Notes: generated by a model from the letters alone, not told the origin. A stretch of DNA of 64,000 nt from an uncultured Oscillospiraceae bacterium (GCA_947522735.1 CANNTZ010000002.1:1-64000); one strand, 5' to 3'. Counted from the stretch's first letter, positions 19,008 to 29,461 are shown. Numbers and translations are program-made.

Positions 19008-19868
19008 TCAGACCGTATCCATAAATGTTTTTTCCACCCGGCTGAACATCACCACGCCAATAAACAGGATCACGAGAGTAGTTCCCCAGCCGGCTAAATA
19101 ATAGCTCCACTCAACCGCTCCGGTTCCCAGATAGGCATAGCGGAACAGGTTGATGATGGGCGAGATCGGGTTGCACATATACAGCGCGTGCCACCTGCCG
19201 CCGGGAGCAAGGGCGGCGAAGCGAAACATATCGTAGGCAATTGGCGAGCCATACATCCAGAGCTGCACGCCGAAGCCCACCAGCATGGCGAGGTCGCGGT
19301 ATTTCGTCGTCAGTGCGGAGATGATGATGCCGCAGCCAAGGCTCAGTATGGCGAGCTGGAGCACGATGAGCGGCGTCATAAGCATCCACAGGTTCGGACA
19401 GACTCCCTGTCCCGTGACGGCATAGTAAACAAGAAATATCACCAGAAAGCCATATTGAATGGCAAGGCTGATGAGCTCGGAAAGCACAGTGGAGATCGGC
19501 ATGACGAGGCGCGGGAAATAGACCTTACCCATCGTGGCGCTGTTGGCGACGAAGGTGTTCGCCGTCTGTGTCAGGCAGTTGGAGAAGTATGTCCACAGAA
19601 CCGTGCCGGAAAGATAGAAAACGAAGGACGGCATCCCCTGCGGCGCAAGCCCGGCGATGTTGCCGAACACCAGCGTGAACACAACGGTTGTCAGCAACGG
19701 CTGTATGACGGCCCACAGCGGGCCGAGGATCGTCTGCTTGTATTTTGACACGAAATTTCGCCTCACAAACAGCAGGATCAGGTCGCGATAAGCGAAAACC
19801 TCTTTGATATGCAGGTCAAACCAGCCGCTTTTCGGCTTGATGACCGTGGTAAAACGCTGTTCTTCCAT
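19008..19868 (-). CDS. ABC-2 type polysaccharide export permease (Wzm/TagG-like)
   Basis: 6 predicted TM helices, ABC-2 family pattern, adjacent to Wzt-like ATPase. Confidence 0.8.
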   Translation of the reverse strand: MEEQRFTTVIKPKSGWFDLHIKEVFAYRDLILLFVRRNFVSKYKQTILGPLWAVIQPLLTTVVFTLVFGNIAGLAPQGMPSFVFYLSGTVLWTYFSNCLTQTANTFVANSATMGKVYFPRLVMPISTVLSELISLAIQYGFLVIFLVYYAVTGQGVCPNLWMLMTPLIVLQLAILSLGCGIIISALTTKYRDLAMLVGFGVQLWMYGSPIAYDMFRFAALAPGGRWHALYMCNPISPIINLFRYAYLGTGAVEWSYYLAGWGTTLVILFIGVVMFSRVEKTFMDTV

Positions 19869-19882
19869 AGTGACTCCTTTTG

Positions 19883-21055
19883 TTACAGCAGAGCATACAG
19901 CTTTTGCAATATTGCGGCGTTATCGCGTTCAAAAGCATGGCTGCGCAGCGCAGCGCGGAAGGCGTTGCGCTGCTCCGGCGCGTGGTAAAGCCGCTTCACT
20001 GCTTCGGCAAGCGACGCCGCCTCCGGCTCGCAGAGCAGACCGGTCCGGCCGCTCTCTATCTGTTCCTCGGCGGCATTTCGGGTCGCCAGAATTGGCGCCG
20101 CCAGCAGCCGCGCCTCCAGAACCGTGACGCAATGCCCCTCAAACCGGCTGGGCTGCACATACAAATCCGCCTGTCGTATGTAGGGATACGGATTATCCTG
20201 CATTCCCAGCAGCGTAACACGCTCCTCCAGCCCAAGCGCATGGAGCTGCTCCCGCAGAGCAGCCTCCTCCGGCCCTCCGCCGATAATCCACCAGTGGATA
20301 TTGGCGTAACCGTCCCGTACCAGTCTTGTGCAGGCCTCAACGGCAAGGTCCATGCCCTTGGCGTAAGACAGCCGCCCGCAGGATACGATATTGAACCGCT
20401 CCTTTGGAAAAACCGTTTTCGGCTCTTCAAGGCTCTTTTCCCTCACGCCTGCAATATCGATCAGATTATTGACTGCGATGATTTTTTCCGCGTATTGCGG
20501 GCGATACCTCCTAAGCTTTTCCGCAAGAGCCTCCGACACGGCGACAATCTTTTCCGCTTTTAGATAGCCATATATATCGTGATACTCCCGCCGCATTGCG
20601 CCGTGATGATAAAACATCAGAAAGCGGTCTGCGCAGACTGCGCGAACGGCTGTCTCCGCCGCTCGGTCGCTGTAAATAACCGCCGTATCAAAATGCTCGC
20701 CGTCAAGCCGCTTTTTCACATAGGCGGCATAGAGCCCTGCCTCCGGCGCGCGCAGTGCAAGCCGCAGCATACGCCATATCAGACGCCGCAGCCCCGAGGC
20801 GTTTTGCGGCTCCTCCATGAGGTTGTACATCCGCTTATGGCGGTATGCGTCCGGGAATGTCGCCGGATGCTGCCGGTCAGCGACAAGCAGGCGGCACTTT
20901 TGTGTGATGCGCCCTGCCATTTCCTGACTGTCGCGCAGGATCAGGCAGGTTGCGTCGTATTTGTCATAGTCCAGACGGTTCAGCAGATTTACCAGCGCCG
21001 TCTCGATCCCGCCGATCCATAGGGCCTCCGTGATGAAGATGAGCTTCTTTTTCAT
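19883..21055 (-). CDS. glycosyltransferase family 4 (GT-B)
   Basis: GT4 C-terminal EGHCVTVLEA...E motif, N-terminal MKKKLIFITEALWIGGIE; ATGA overlap with Stealth stop. Confidence 0.8.
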   Translation of the reverse strand: MKKKLIFITEALWIGGIETALVNLLNRLDYDKYDATCLILRDSQEMAGRITQKCRLLVADRQHPATFPDAYRHKRMYNLMEEPQNASGLRRLIWRMLRLALRAPEAGLYAAYVKKRLDGEHFDTAVIYSDRAAETAVRAVCADRFLMFYHHGAMRREYHDIYGYLKAEKIVAVSEALAEKLRRYRPQYAEKIIAVNNLIDIAGVREKSLEEPKTVFPKERFNIVSCGRLSYAKGMDLAVEACTRLVRDGYANIHWWIIGGGPEEAALREQLHALGLEERVTLLGMQDNPYPYIRQADLYVQPSRFEGHCVTVLEARLLAAPILATRNAAEEQIESGRTGLLCEPEAASLAEAVKRLYHAPEQRNAFRAALRSHAFERDNAAILQKLYALL

Positions 21056-22053
21056 AATTCAAACCCGCTCTTCTCCGGCAAAATCATCTCGAATGCGCCC
21101 TGTAGTCGTGCAGACAGCTTTTCAAAATCCACCGGCTCCTCCGGGTCGTTTATGCAGAGCATATCGTGGCTCTGCTCCCGAATGATACTACACAGCTCAT
21201 CCACCGTGCTCTCGTCGGCGCAAAGCACTGCATTGTCCGTGTTATACGGTGCAAACTGTCCGCTTGCCACCTGCCACCACAGGCACACCCACTGGTTAAC
21301 ATCCTCCGCACTGCGGAAGCGGTGAGCCGTGGTGCGCGCCAGCAGCTCCGGCTCGGTGTTCCAGACAGCCTCGAAGGTGCTTTTGCAATACGCCGCCGGG
21401 GCGTGCAGGTTTCTGAAGCCGGTAAATCGGCTTGGAAACAGCTTTTCCAAGGCCCTGGTGCGGATGTTGTCCTGCCAGCGGTAGGCGCGGTCGACATATC
21501 TTCTCCCGTATTTTTTCACCTGCTCACGCTTGTCAAAATGCGCGTTGACGACGCCCAGACCGTTTACCGCCGCGTGCTGCCATATGCCGATGCTTCCGAC
21601 AAGCTCTATAGGATGCTCTCCGCCGCAGGTGCAGGGCAGACCGTCCCGGAAAAACGCCGTCTTCGGCGCCGGGCGGAGCAGGAACATATCGTCGTTGAAG
21701 TATACAAAGCGCTCCGCAAGCCCCGGGATGCGGTGCATATTCATCTCGATGGCGTGGGAGCTGAAGGTTGGCAGCGCTTCCTGCGGCATGAAATCCTCAT
21801 GCCGCACATGGTGCAGCTTGGGATGCTTCAGGTTCAAAAATGCCGGGAAGTGCCCACAGGTGACAAAATGGATCCTCCGCACCCACGGCGCAAACCTCTC
21901 CGCCGCACGGAACCAGTAGGGCATCAGCCCCCAATCCCGAAAACGGTTGGGCGCGTTGCTGCCGTCCTGCGTTTTCCCCTGATATTTTGCCTTTTCCCTC
22001 TGCCAGACAGGATCGTTTCCGTCCACCCACAGGACGACAAAATCTATCTCCAT
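21052..22053 (-). CDS. Stealth-family hexose-1-phosphate transferase (capsule phosphotransferase CR1-CR4)
   Basis: DFVVLWVDGNDPVW (CR1), NRFRDWGLMPYWFRAAERFAPWVRRIHFVT (CR2), FNDDMFLL (CR3); GGAGG RBS. Confidence 0.7.
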   Translation of the reverse strand: MEIDFVVLWVDGNDPVWQREKAKYQGKTQDGSNAPNRFRDWGLMPYWFRAAERFAPWVRRIHFVTCGHFPAFLNLKHPKLHHVRHEDFMPQEALPTFSSHAIEMNMHRIPGLAERFVYFNDDMFLLRPAPKTAFFRDGLPCTCGGEHPIELVGSIGIWQHAAVNGLGVVNAHFDKREQVKKYGRRYVDRAYRWQDNIRTRALEKLFPSRFTGFRNLHAPAAYCKSTFEAVWNTEPELLARTTAHRFRSAEDVNQWVCLWWQVASGQFAPYNTDNAVLCADESTVDELCSIIREQSHDMLCINDPEEPVDFEKLSARLQGAFEMILPEKSGFEL

Positions 22054-22054
22054 A

Positions 22055-23017
22055 TCAAAGCCTCCTTAAAGCGGCCCTTTTCCCGGCCAACACCGGACAA
22101 AAGCGATTTACGACAAGGATCAGCGCCGCTTCCACGGCGGCAATCAGGAGAAACGCCCCGATCACCCAAAGCGGGCTGCCGCTTCCGGAGACGGTATACA
22201 GCACAAGCTGGTGCGTTCCCATAACAGTCAGCGCGTTTTCGCCGATTTTGGCGGGCCATTTTCACGGAATCAGACGGGCGATGCCCATCGTAAAATATGC
22301 GCCGCAGACGCCGCTTACGAGGTATAATGGCGGGCTGGCCAATACCCCGTTATAAAAGCTGTTTTCCGGCGACAGCTTGAAGCAGACTCCGGCGCACACC
22401 GCCGTCAAAAAAAGGGCACAGCCGATTTTTCACCATTTGAAGCTCTCAAGCGGCTTTTTCGGCAAATTTCCGGTCAGCATGAATGCAAATCCCAATATCC
22501 CGCGGAACAGCAGTCTCCAGATATGTCCCGCCGGCACAAAATGCAGCGACATGCAGAGCACAGCCCCAATGACGCTCCATGCAGCTTTGTGCGGAAAGCG
22601 GATATACAGATAATACAGCACGCACGCCAGAAGCATCGCCGGTAAAAACCAGTCCGCGCCGACGTTGCAGCGCAGGGTCAGCATCAGCTTGAAGCATTCC
22701 GGAATAGAGACGGAATGAAGGACAAAGCGCTTATAAGCAATCGCCACGCACTCAAAAAACAGGTACGGCACAAGAAGCGTCCTTGTCTTGTGGATGAAAT
22801 ACTCACCGACCGTGCGGCTTCTCCACTTCCCGCCGTCGGTCAGCATTCCCGACAACAGGAAAAATGCAGGCATGTGAAAGGAATTGATCCATTCCTGCGC
22901 CAGAACATACGGGAGGACGTCATATCGCAGATTTGCAGAGCCCAGTATTTGTCCCAGCACAACCAACGTGATGAGAATGGCGCGGGTTGTGTCGATGCAG
23001 CGCAGGCGACCGGTCAC
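22055..23017 (-). pseudogene. acyltransferase family 3 (membrane O-acyltransferase) interrupted by two in-frame TGA codons
   Basis: N-terminal 195 aa acyltransferase_3-like (LITLVVLGQ...). The reading frame continues with hydrophobic TM-like sequence through TGA at 22430-22432 and TGA at 22262-22264. It reaches its final TGA at 22055-22057, which overlaps the Stealth RBS. The total of ~320 codons fits the family size. Confidence 0.65.
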
Positions 23018-23997
23018 TCAGACGCACCTGCCTTGTATCGCTGATACGCCCGGCTGCTTTTGACTGCAACGGCGAGCCTGTGGCGCAGTTGTGTTTTCCT
23101 GTTTTGCAGATATATCCCAAGCGGGCTTCCCATCTTTATGGACGCATACGGGCTTTGGTAATGCTCCGCAATCATCTCGCGTATTTCTGAGAGCGGCGCA
23201 TAATAGAGCTTTTGCCGCAGCAGCATTTTATAGATGCCTGCGGCCTCCTTTTCGGAAATGCCAAGCGCTCTCATGCTTTGCTCAAACGGCTGCATATATC
23301 CTGCCAGATCAGAAATCCCCTTCAGCCGCCGATATGCTCCCCTCTCATCCTCCGCCTGTCTGTAGCGATACACCGTTTCCGGCAGGGAATAAATGCTCCG
23401 GCAGAACGGCAGCAGCTCCAACACAAACAGAAAATCCTCCAGCAGCGTCATATCCTCATGAAAGCGCACGCCGGACTCAAGCAGCTTTTTCCGGCGGTAA
23501 AGCTTGTTCCAAACAGGAGTCAGCGCATTGCAGGCATAAAATTCCTGAAAGCGGGCTTTCAGCTTCTCGGGCGTCAGCATTCCGTCAAAATGCGGAACCA
23601 GCCTCCTCCTGCTGTACAGCCTGCCGCGGTGGTAATAGTCAAAGCTCATGCCGAAGATCATTAGATCCGGCTGTTGTCGGAGCGTGATATCGACCGCATG
23701 AGACAGCGCTCCGTCATCCACCGTGTCATCCGCATCCACAAACCATAGATAATCGCCCTGAGCCTCGTCGAGCCCACGGTTACGGGCGGCGGAAACTCCG
23801 GCATTTGACTGATGTATGCAGCGCAGCTCCGGATGCCGGGTGCAAAGCTCATCGCAAAGCGCCGCTGTGCCGTCCGTGGAGCCGTCGTCGACGAGAAGAA
23901 GCTCGTAATCCGAAAGCCCCGACGCGCAGATGCTGTTCACGGTGGCTTCCAGCGTTTTCACGCAGTTATAGCACGGGATGACGACGCTGAAGGTCAC
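23014..23997 (-). CDS. glycosyltransferase family 2
   Basis: FSVVIPCYNCVKTLEATVNSICASGLSDYELLLVDDGSTDG...DADD. Confidence 0.85.
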   Translation of the reverse strand: MTFSVVIPCYNCVKTLEATVNSICASGLSDYELLLVDDGSTDGTAALCDELCTRHPELRCIHQSNAGVSAARNRGLDEAQGDYLWFVDADDTVDDGALSHAVDITLRQQPDLMIFGMSFDYYHRGRLYSRRRLVPHFDGMLTPEKLKARFQEFYACNALTPVWNKLYRRKKLLESGVRFHEDMTLLEDFLFVLELLPFCRSIYSLPETVYRYRQAEDERGAYRRLKGISDLAGYMQPFEQSMRALGISEKEAAGIYKMLLRQKLYYAPLSEIREMIAEHYQSPYASIKMGSPLGIYLQNRKTQLRHRLAVAVKSSRAYQRYKAGASE

Positions 23998-25100
23998 CTT
24001 GCCACCTCCCAGCAGAAGCGGTAGTTCAGATAGTTATCCACTTCGTATTCGATTGTATTATTGAGGTTAGTCGTATAATAGTAAAGCCCGGCAAGCAGCA
24101 CCACGCACAGCAACGCGGCGATGCGCTGCCTGTTGTTGAGGACAAGGCGATAGCTCCCATAGCCCTCAAGCTCCCCTTCCGGATAGAACATCATGGGCAG
24201 ATAGAGGATGATGAGCTGGAAATAGTAGTCCGTAAGACGGGTGAACACATTATCAAATCCGGAGAACATCTGTAATATCGCCGCTACGACCATCAGGTTA
24301 AACAGCTTTGTGAAATTTTTGCCCGAAAAACCCCGCAGAACGATTCCGACAACCAGTAGCGCCACAATCATCAGAAAGCGTCCGCCAACATGGGTGTTGT
24401 CCATAAAATCCGTTTCATCATAGTAAAAGCCGCTGATAAATTCGACGATCGGATAGCGGAAAAGAAAAATCAAGCCCGCACTTGCGGCATAGATAATCAG
24501 CTTCTGTACGCTCAGGCGGCTTTTTGCAATCCAGTACGCCGGAAGAAAAATCAGCGCGGGAGCGTGAACGCAGCCGGCCAGAGCCGTCCACAAGAGGAAG
24601 CCTCTCGGCCGTTCCTCCATTATTCCGGTGAATGCAAGCATCAGCAGTCCCATTGCCAGCGCCTGCTTGATGGCGCTGAATCCGAATACATAGAAGCCAA
24701 AGCAGTTCCACAGCAGATAGCTCAGCCATGGAGCGGGCGAATAGCGATATACGATGAGCGCGACGGAAATCTCCGTTACGATTGCAATGAAAATCAAAAG
24801 CACCTGAAATTCACCGTTGGAAATCTGCGTGAAAAACTTTTCGACCCAGAAAAACAGGAAATTGCGTCCGCCATTGAATATCTCCTCGCTGAACCAGCCA
24901 TGGTTGGCATAAACATTCTCATAGCCCCATGCGTATTTCAGCAAATCTCCGGTGATATATTTATATCGCCAGCCGCAGACGAAGGTATGCAGGACAGCCA
25001 TGAGCGCAATATATATCTTTTTCTGTCTGCCCTTCTGCGGAAGCAGGCAGGCAAGCCCCAGCACCGCAGCGACCATATAGTAATAGACCCTTACGCCCAT
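23994..25100 (-). CDS. EpsG-family membrane protein (Wzy-like polysaccharide polymerase/ligase)
   Basis: 368 aa, ~10 TM helices, EpsG-like layout; no soluble domains. Confidence 0.6.
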   Translation of the reverse strand: MGVRVYYYMVAAVLGLACLLPQKGRQKKIYIALMAVLHTFVCGWRYKYITGDLLKYAWGYENVYANHGWFSEEIFNGGRNFLFFWVEKFFTQISNGEFQVLLIFIAIVTEISVALIVYRYSPAPWLSYLLWNCFGFYVFGFSAIKQALAMGLLMLAFTGIMEERPRGFLLWTALAGCVHAPALIFLPAYWIAKSRLSVQKLIIYAASAGLIFLFRYPIVEFISGFYYDETDFMDNTHVGGRFLMIVALLVVGIVLRGFSGKNFTKLFNLMVVAAILQMFSGFDNVFTRLTDYYFQLIILYLPMMFYPEGELEGYGSYRLVLNNRQRIAALLCVVLLAGLYYYTTNLNNTIEYEVDNYLNYRFCWEVAR

Positions 25101-26222
25101 TTACGCTCTCCGTTTCTTCTGAAGCTCTCTCTCAAAAAAGGCTTCCGTCTCTTTTGCCAGCGTTTTTTGCTTAAAAGCCTTGCCACGTGCCTTCGCTCTC
25201 TCAGCATAGCGCTCCATCAGCAGCGGCTCAGTCAGCATCCGCTTTATTCCCTGATAAAACGCCTCGTCCTCGTTTGAGGTTATAAGCCCGTATTCGCTTT
25301 CGCCCAGCAGCTCCCGCATACCGGAGCAAGCAGTTGCTACAACAGGCTTTCCGAGGACGAGCCCCTCGGTAATAAAAGTGCTGAAGCCCTCATAAACAGA
25401 GGAGCAAACCAACAGATCGGCCGCGTTCATCAGGCAATACGGATTTTCCCGGAAGCCCAGCAGCCTTGCCGAGGCTTCAAGGTGATTCTCACGGATATAC
25501 GCCTCAAGCGCAGGGCACTCTTCGCCCTCTCCGACGATCCACAGGTCGTGATCGAGCCCGTCCTCCATGAGGCGCCTGTGCGCGGCCAGTGCGCGGATAA
25601 AATGCTTTGGCGCAGACAATCTGCCCACCGTTGCAACTGTTAATTTCCGTTTGGATATATTCTCCGGCAGCGGCTCGAGGGCTTTTTGCAGTATCCTTGC
25701 GTCGTCTATTGTGTTGTAGACGACAACTGCCGGAACCGTATTGCCATACAATTCCGTAAAGCCTTCACGTACATTTTCGGACACGCACACGGCCAGATCG
25801 TATTTCGCATAGTATTTTCCGGTTCCGGCGACAAAGGCGGCTGCGTTGTCGAGCCGGCTTTTCAGATCGCAGTGCACCCACGCCAGACGCAGCGCCCTTT
25901 TGCTGGTGGAGCCGGCCATAATCTTGGTTGAGCCACATTCAAGATAAGCCGCCTCAATGTCGTGGTCGCCCTTAATGTGCAGCGGGTAAGTCAGGCCAAG
26001 GGCCGCTTCCGCCCTCATCCGCATGTTAGCGAAGCGGCTCTTGTGCGGATAACAGTATTTATATCGGATTCCCGGCGCAAGGCGTCTGCCTGCGTCCTCC
26101 GGATAGAGCGTTTGGACGGTGATGGAGAACCTTGTCTGATCCATGGCGTTCACTAAATTGCACAGTACCTTTTCCGCCCCGCCGCCGTAGAGGGATTCGA
26201 TGAAGAAGAGGATGTTAATCAC
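25101..26222 (-). CDS. glycosyltransferase family 4
   Basis: GT-B fold; C-terminal EGFSTFITEGLVLGKPVVAT motif. Confidence 0.8.
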   Translation of the reverse strand: MINILFFIESLYGGGAEKVLCNLVNAMDQTRFSITVQTLYPEDAGRRLAPGIRYKYCYPHKSRFANMRMRAEAALGLTYPLHIKGDHDIEAAYLECGSTKIMAGSTSKRALRLAWVHCDLKSRLDNAAAFVAGTGKYYAKYDLAVCVSENVREGFTELYGNTVPAVVVYNTIDDARILQKALEPLPENISKRKLTVATVGRLSAPKHFIRALAAHRRLMEDGLDHDLWIVGEGEECPALEAYIRENHLEASARLLGFRENPYCLMNAADLLVCSSVYEGFSTFITEGLVLGKPVVATACSGMRELLGESEYGLITSNEDEAFYQGIKRMLTEPLLMERYAERAKARGKAFKQKTLAKETEAFFERELQKKRRA

Positions 26223-27342
26223 TTTGCCGTCCTTTCTTATAAATCGCGTATATCTTCTGCATCGCCGCGCTCACATCAAAGCCGGATTGCCGCATTTCCG
26301 CGGCATATTTCTCCGGCCCGCTTCGTTTTGTGCCGCAAATTGCGTCCACCCATGCCGCGCTGTCCTCCAGCGGAAGCGGATGGAGCAGATCCGTCAGAAA
26401 CACGTCCCCCGGTATCCGGTCGGAGATCACACACGGCAACCCGTTGGACTGCGCCTCGATGATGGACAGTGGCATTCCCTCATAGAGCGACGGAAAGGCA
26501 AATACATCCATGGCGTTCAGGTAATCCGGGACATTGCGCACGTTTCCGGTCATGCAGACGTGCTCCTCCAGACGCAGTGAACGGATTTTCCGTTCCAGAA
26601 TCGGACGCTCCTCGCCCTCGCCCAGCAGCAGGAGATATGCCTGTGGTTGTCTTTTCAGAATTTCCGGCATCAAGCTCAGCAAAAACGACTGATTCTTGAC
26701 CGCAGCAAGGTGTCCGGTGTGCCCGATGATGAGCTTGTCCTCCAAGCCAAGTCCTTTACGGAACGCATCTCTCCGCTGCGCGTCAAAGGCAAAGCTTTGC
26801 GTGTCTATCCCGTTGAGGAGCAGCGTTCCTCTCCTTTGAAACGCCCGCCTGCCATACAGCCTCCGCCCCGCCCTTTGGCCGCAGGCAACGTAATCCGTTG
26901 CGCAGACAAGAATCAGGAAGCGCATGGCCGCCTCATACAGGCGCACCTTGAGGCTGCGCGGCTCCTCCAACGAGGAATGCGCGTGAGAAATCCGCACCGG
27001 TACGCCGTAAAGCCTGCCCGCCAGCATGCCCCAGCCGATATTAAACATGGTGTGCGCATGAATCACGTCATAGTGACAGGTACGGATCAGCTTTTTCAGG
27101 CTTTCCATGTAAGCGCGATAGCTGTCGGAGGGCTGCTGCAAGTGAAATATCCTGCACCCGCGCGCCCTTAGCTCTGGCTCATATTCGCCCGTCTCGTCGC
27201 CGAATACAACGTAATGCATCTCATATTGCTGCGGGTCTGCATAAAAACCAATATCCGCCGCGACCTTCTCCGCCCCGCCGATGCGAAGCGATGCGGCAAT
27301 CAAAAGCACCTTGATCTTTTTCATCGCTTTTTCTTCTGTCAT
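26215..27342 (-). CDS. glycosyltransferase family 4
   Basis: GT-B fold; EGMPLSIIEAQSNGLPCVISD motif. Confidence 0.8.
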   Translation of the reverse strand: MTEEKAMKKIKVLLIAASLRIGGAEKVAADIGFYADPQQYEMHYVVFGDETGEYEPELRARGCRIFHLQQPSDSYRAYMESLKKLIRTCHYDVIHAHTMFNIGWGMLAGRLYGVPVRISHAHSSLEEPRSLKVRLYEAAMRFLILVCATDYVACGQRAGRRLYGRRAFQRRGTLLLNGIDTQSFAFDAQRRDAFRKGLGLEDKLIIGHTGHLAAVKNQSFLLSLMPEILKRQPQAYLLLLGEGEERPILERKIRSLRLEEHVCMTGNVRNVPDYLNAMDVFAFPSLYEGMPLSIIEAQSNGLPCVISDRIPGDVFLTDLLHPLPLEDSAAWVDAICGTKRSGPEKYAAEMRQSGFDVSAAMQKIYAIYKKGRQSD

Positions 27343-28319
27343 CTCGCTTTAAAGCATATCAGCCAATCGATCACGCGGCTCCACTCCATGCGCACCGGCA
27401 TGGCGATGAGCCTGCACCTCCAGCCGGCAGTCCTGAGCCCCTCCGCGCGATACAGCCTGCATATCCTCCGGATCTCCTGCCGCCGACGTTTTGCGGGATA
27501 ACCAAGCTTCAGCAGCTCCTTGCAGCAGGAATATGCGCTGCGGTAGGCCGTCCACGAAAGCGCCTTTTCATAGTATCGTGTTGCCTCCTGCGAGTGTCCG
27601 GATGCGCGAAGGGCCGCATACATCCGGCGGTTGACCTCAAGCAGTTGCTCCGTCAGATAGGGACAGGCCTTGCGTGAAAGAGAGCCTCCGTTGCTGACAT
27701 CCACGTTATACAGCCGGTCTCCAACGGAGGCAATCGATTGGAGGTGCATGGCATAAGCGAAGATAAACGCCTGATCCTCCCCGATGGACAAATCATTTTC
27801 AAAGCGTATATTGTGTTGCTCGATAATATTTCGTTTGAACGCCTTGCTCCAAAGCGAACCGAAGATGTATCGCCGCATTGCGGAGTAAATTTGTCTTGCA
27901 ATGTCCGGCTCCGCCTCTTCACGGAACACACCGGCGTCAATTCCCGAAGACGCGCCCCCAAGGTTGCGATATCCGAACATGAGCAGATCCGGCGAGCCGT
28001 CTTTAAGGGCATCGGAGATCGCCGCAAGGTAACCCTCCGACACAAAGTCATCGCTGTCCGCAAACAGGATATATTCGCCTCCGGCCTGCTCCAGTCCCAG
28101 ATTCCGCGCCGAGGACACGCCTCCGTTTTCCTTTGACAAATAACGAATTTGCGGATATTTGTCGGCGTACTCACGGCAGATAGCGCCGCTGCCGTCTGTG
28201 GAGCCGTCGTTGATGAGCAGTAGCTCATAATCGGAGAATTGCTGATTTACAAGGCTGTCCAGACAGCGTCGCAGCGTCGCCTCCGCGTTATAAACAGGAA
28301 TGATAACGGAATATCGCAT
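27339..28319 (-). CDS. glycosyltransferase family 2
   Basis: YSVIIPVYNAEATLRRCLDSLVNQQFSDYELLLINDGSTDG...DSDD. Confidence 0.85.
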   Translation of the reverse strand: MRYSVIIPVYNAEATLRRCLDSLVNQQFSDYELLLINDGSTDGSGAICREYADKYPQIRYLSKENGGVSSARNLGLEQAGGEYILFADSDDFVSEGYLAAISDALKDGSPDLLMFGYRNLGGASSGIDAGVFREEAEPDIARQIYSAMRRYIFGSLWSKAFKRNIIEQHNIRFENDLSIGEDQAFIFAYAMHLQSIASVGDRLYNVDVSNGGSLSRKACPYLTEQLLEVNRRMYAALRASGHSQEATRYYEKALSWTAYRSAYSCCKELLKLGYPAKRRRQEIRRICRLYRAEGLRTAGWRCRLIAMPVRMEWSRVIDWLICFKAR

Positions 28320-29446
28320 CAGTTTTCTCCAAGCCCATAGATTTCTGCCAGCTCCCGACGGACATTCTCATCCGTATACAGGAGAGCTTTTTCATGTCCC
28401 GCCCGCCCCATGCGAGCGGCTAAAGCCGCATCGTTCAGCAGGGCGGTGATTTTCTCTGCAAAAGCAACGCAGTCCGACGGCGGCACCATATAGCCGGTCA
28501 CACCGTTTTCAACCAGCTCCCGGTGTCCGCGGTTCTCCGCTGCGATCACCGGCTTTCCGCACAGCATCCCCTCGATCAGATTAAGACCGAGCCCCTCCCT
28601 GTGGCTGCACGATACGATAACGTCAGCCGTTGGAACGACCCGCTCCAAATCTGTGCGATAGCCCAGAAGCCGGATAAAATCCTCGGCATGATTGTCCGCA
28701 AGCCGTTCTCTCAGAGCTGCTTCAAGCGGCCCGTTTCCCGCCAGCAGAACCTTTAGCCCTGGACTTTTCTCCCGGCAAAGCACTGCCGCATCAATCAGCG
28801 TCCGTTGATCCTTATTCGCATTCAGCTCACCCGTACACAGCACGACAAAATCCTGCACGGACAGCTTTTCCGTCCTTCGGAGCGCCGCCGTATCCTCGGC
28901 GGAACGCGGACGGTATCGGGCTGTCGATACGCCCACGCCATGAATATGATATGCTTCAACCGGGAATTTGCTCTGTGCAAGCCGAAAGTCCTCTTCATTG
29001 ACGGTGATTAGCCTGTCTGTATAGCGGCACATGAGCTTCTCGATCGGATACCAGACGAGCCAGTTTTTTCTCGGCGCGCCCTTGTAGAAGTGGAAGCCGT
29101 GGGCGGTGTAGAGCACCCTTGCGCCATGTCTGCGGGCTTTTCGCGCCGCCAGTCTTCCCACAACGCCGCCTACCGGCGTATTGCAGTGAACGACGTCGTA
29201 GCCGCCCTCGTCAATGATTTTTTTGAGCCTGCAATATGCGTCGATATTCTTTGGCGAAAAGGGCGAGCGCCGGAACGGCACGTCGAATACTCGCTCCGCA
29301 AAATCGAGCTTCAGGCCGTTTTTCTCCGCAAGATTGTCGCACGCCGCAACGTGAACCTCGCAGCCGTGCCGGTGCAGCATGTCTGCGAGCGGCCTGTGAA
29401 ACTGGCAGATATGCGATTGTACGGTGGCGACCAAAAGGATTTTCAT
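28319..29446 (-). CDS. glycosyltransferase family 4
   Basis: GT-B fold; EGLGLNLIEGMLCGKPVIAAE motif. Confidence 0.8.
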   Translation of the reverse strand: MKILLVATVQSHICQFHRPLADMLHRHGCEVHVAACDNLAEKNGLKLDFAERVFDVPFRRSPFSPKNIDAYCRLKKIIDEGGYDVVHCNTPVGGVVGRLAARKARRHGARVLYTAHGFHFYKGAPRKNWLVWYPIEKLMCRYTDRLITVNEEDFRLAQSKFPVEAYHIHGVGVSTARYRPRSAEDTAALRRTEKLSVQDFVVLCTGELNANKDQRTLIDAAVLCREKSPGLKVLLAGNGPLEAALRERLADNHAEDFIRLLGYRTDLERVVPTADVIVSCSHREGLGLNLIEGMLCGKPVIAAENRGHRELVENGVTGYMVPPSDCVAFAEKITALLNDAALAARMGRAGHEKALLYTDENVRRELAEIYGLGEN

Positions 29447-29461
29447 TACAAGCTCTTCCTG

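Noticed and set aside
22044-22265. 73-aa GTG-initiated ORF between Stealth and acyltransferase
   Set aside because: Wrong frame; the acyltransferase frame through this region encodes membrane-protein-like sequence continuous with upstream segments
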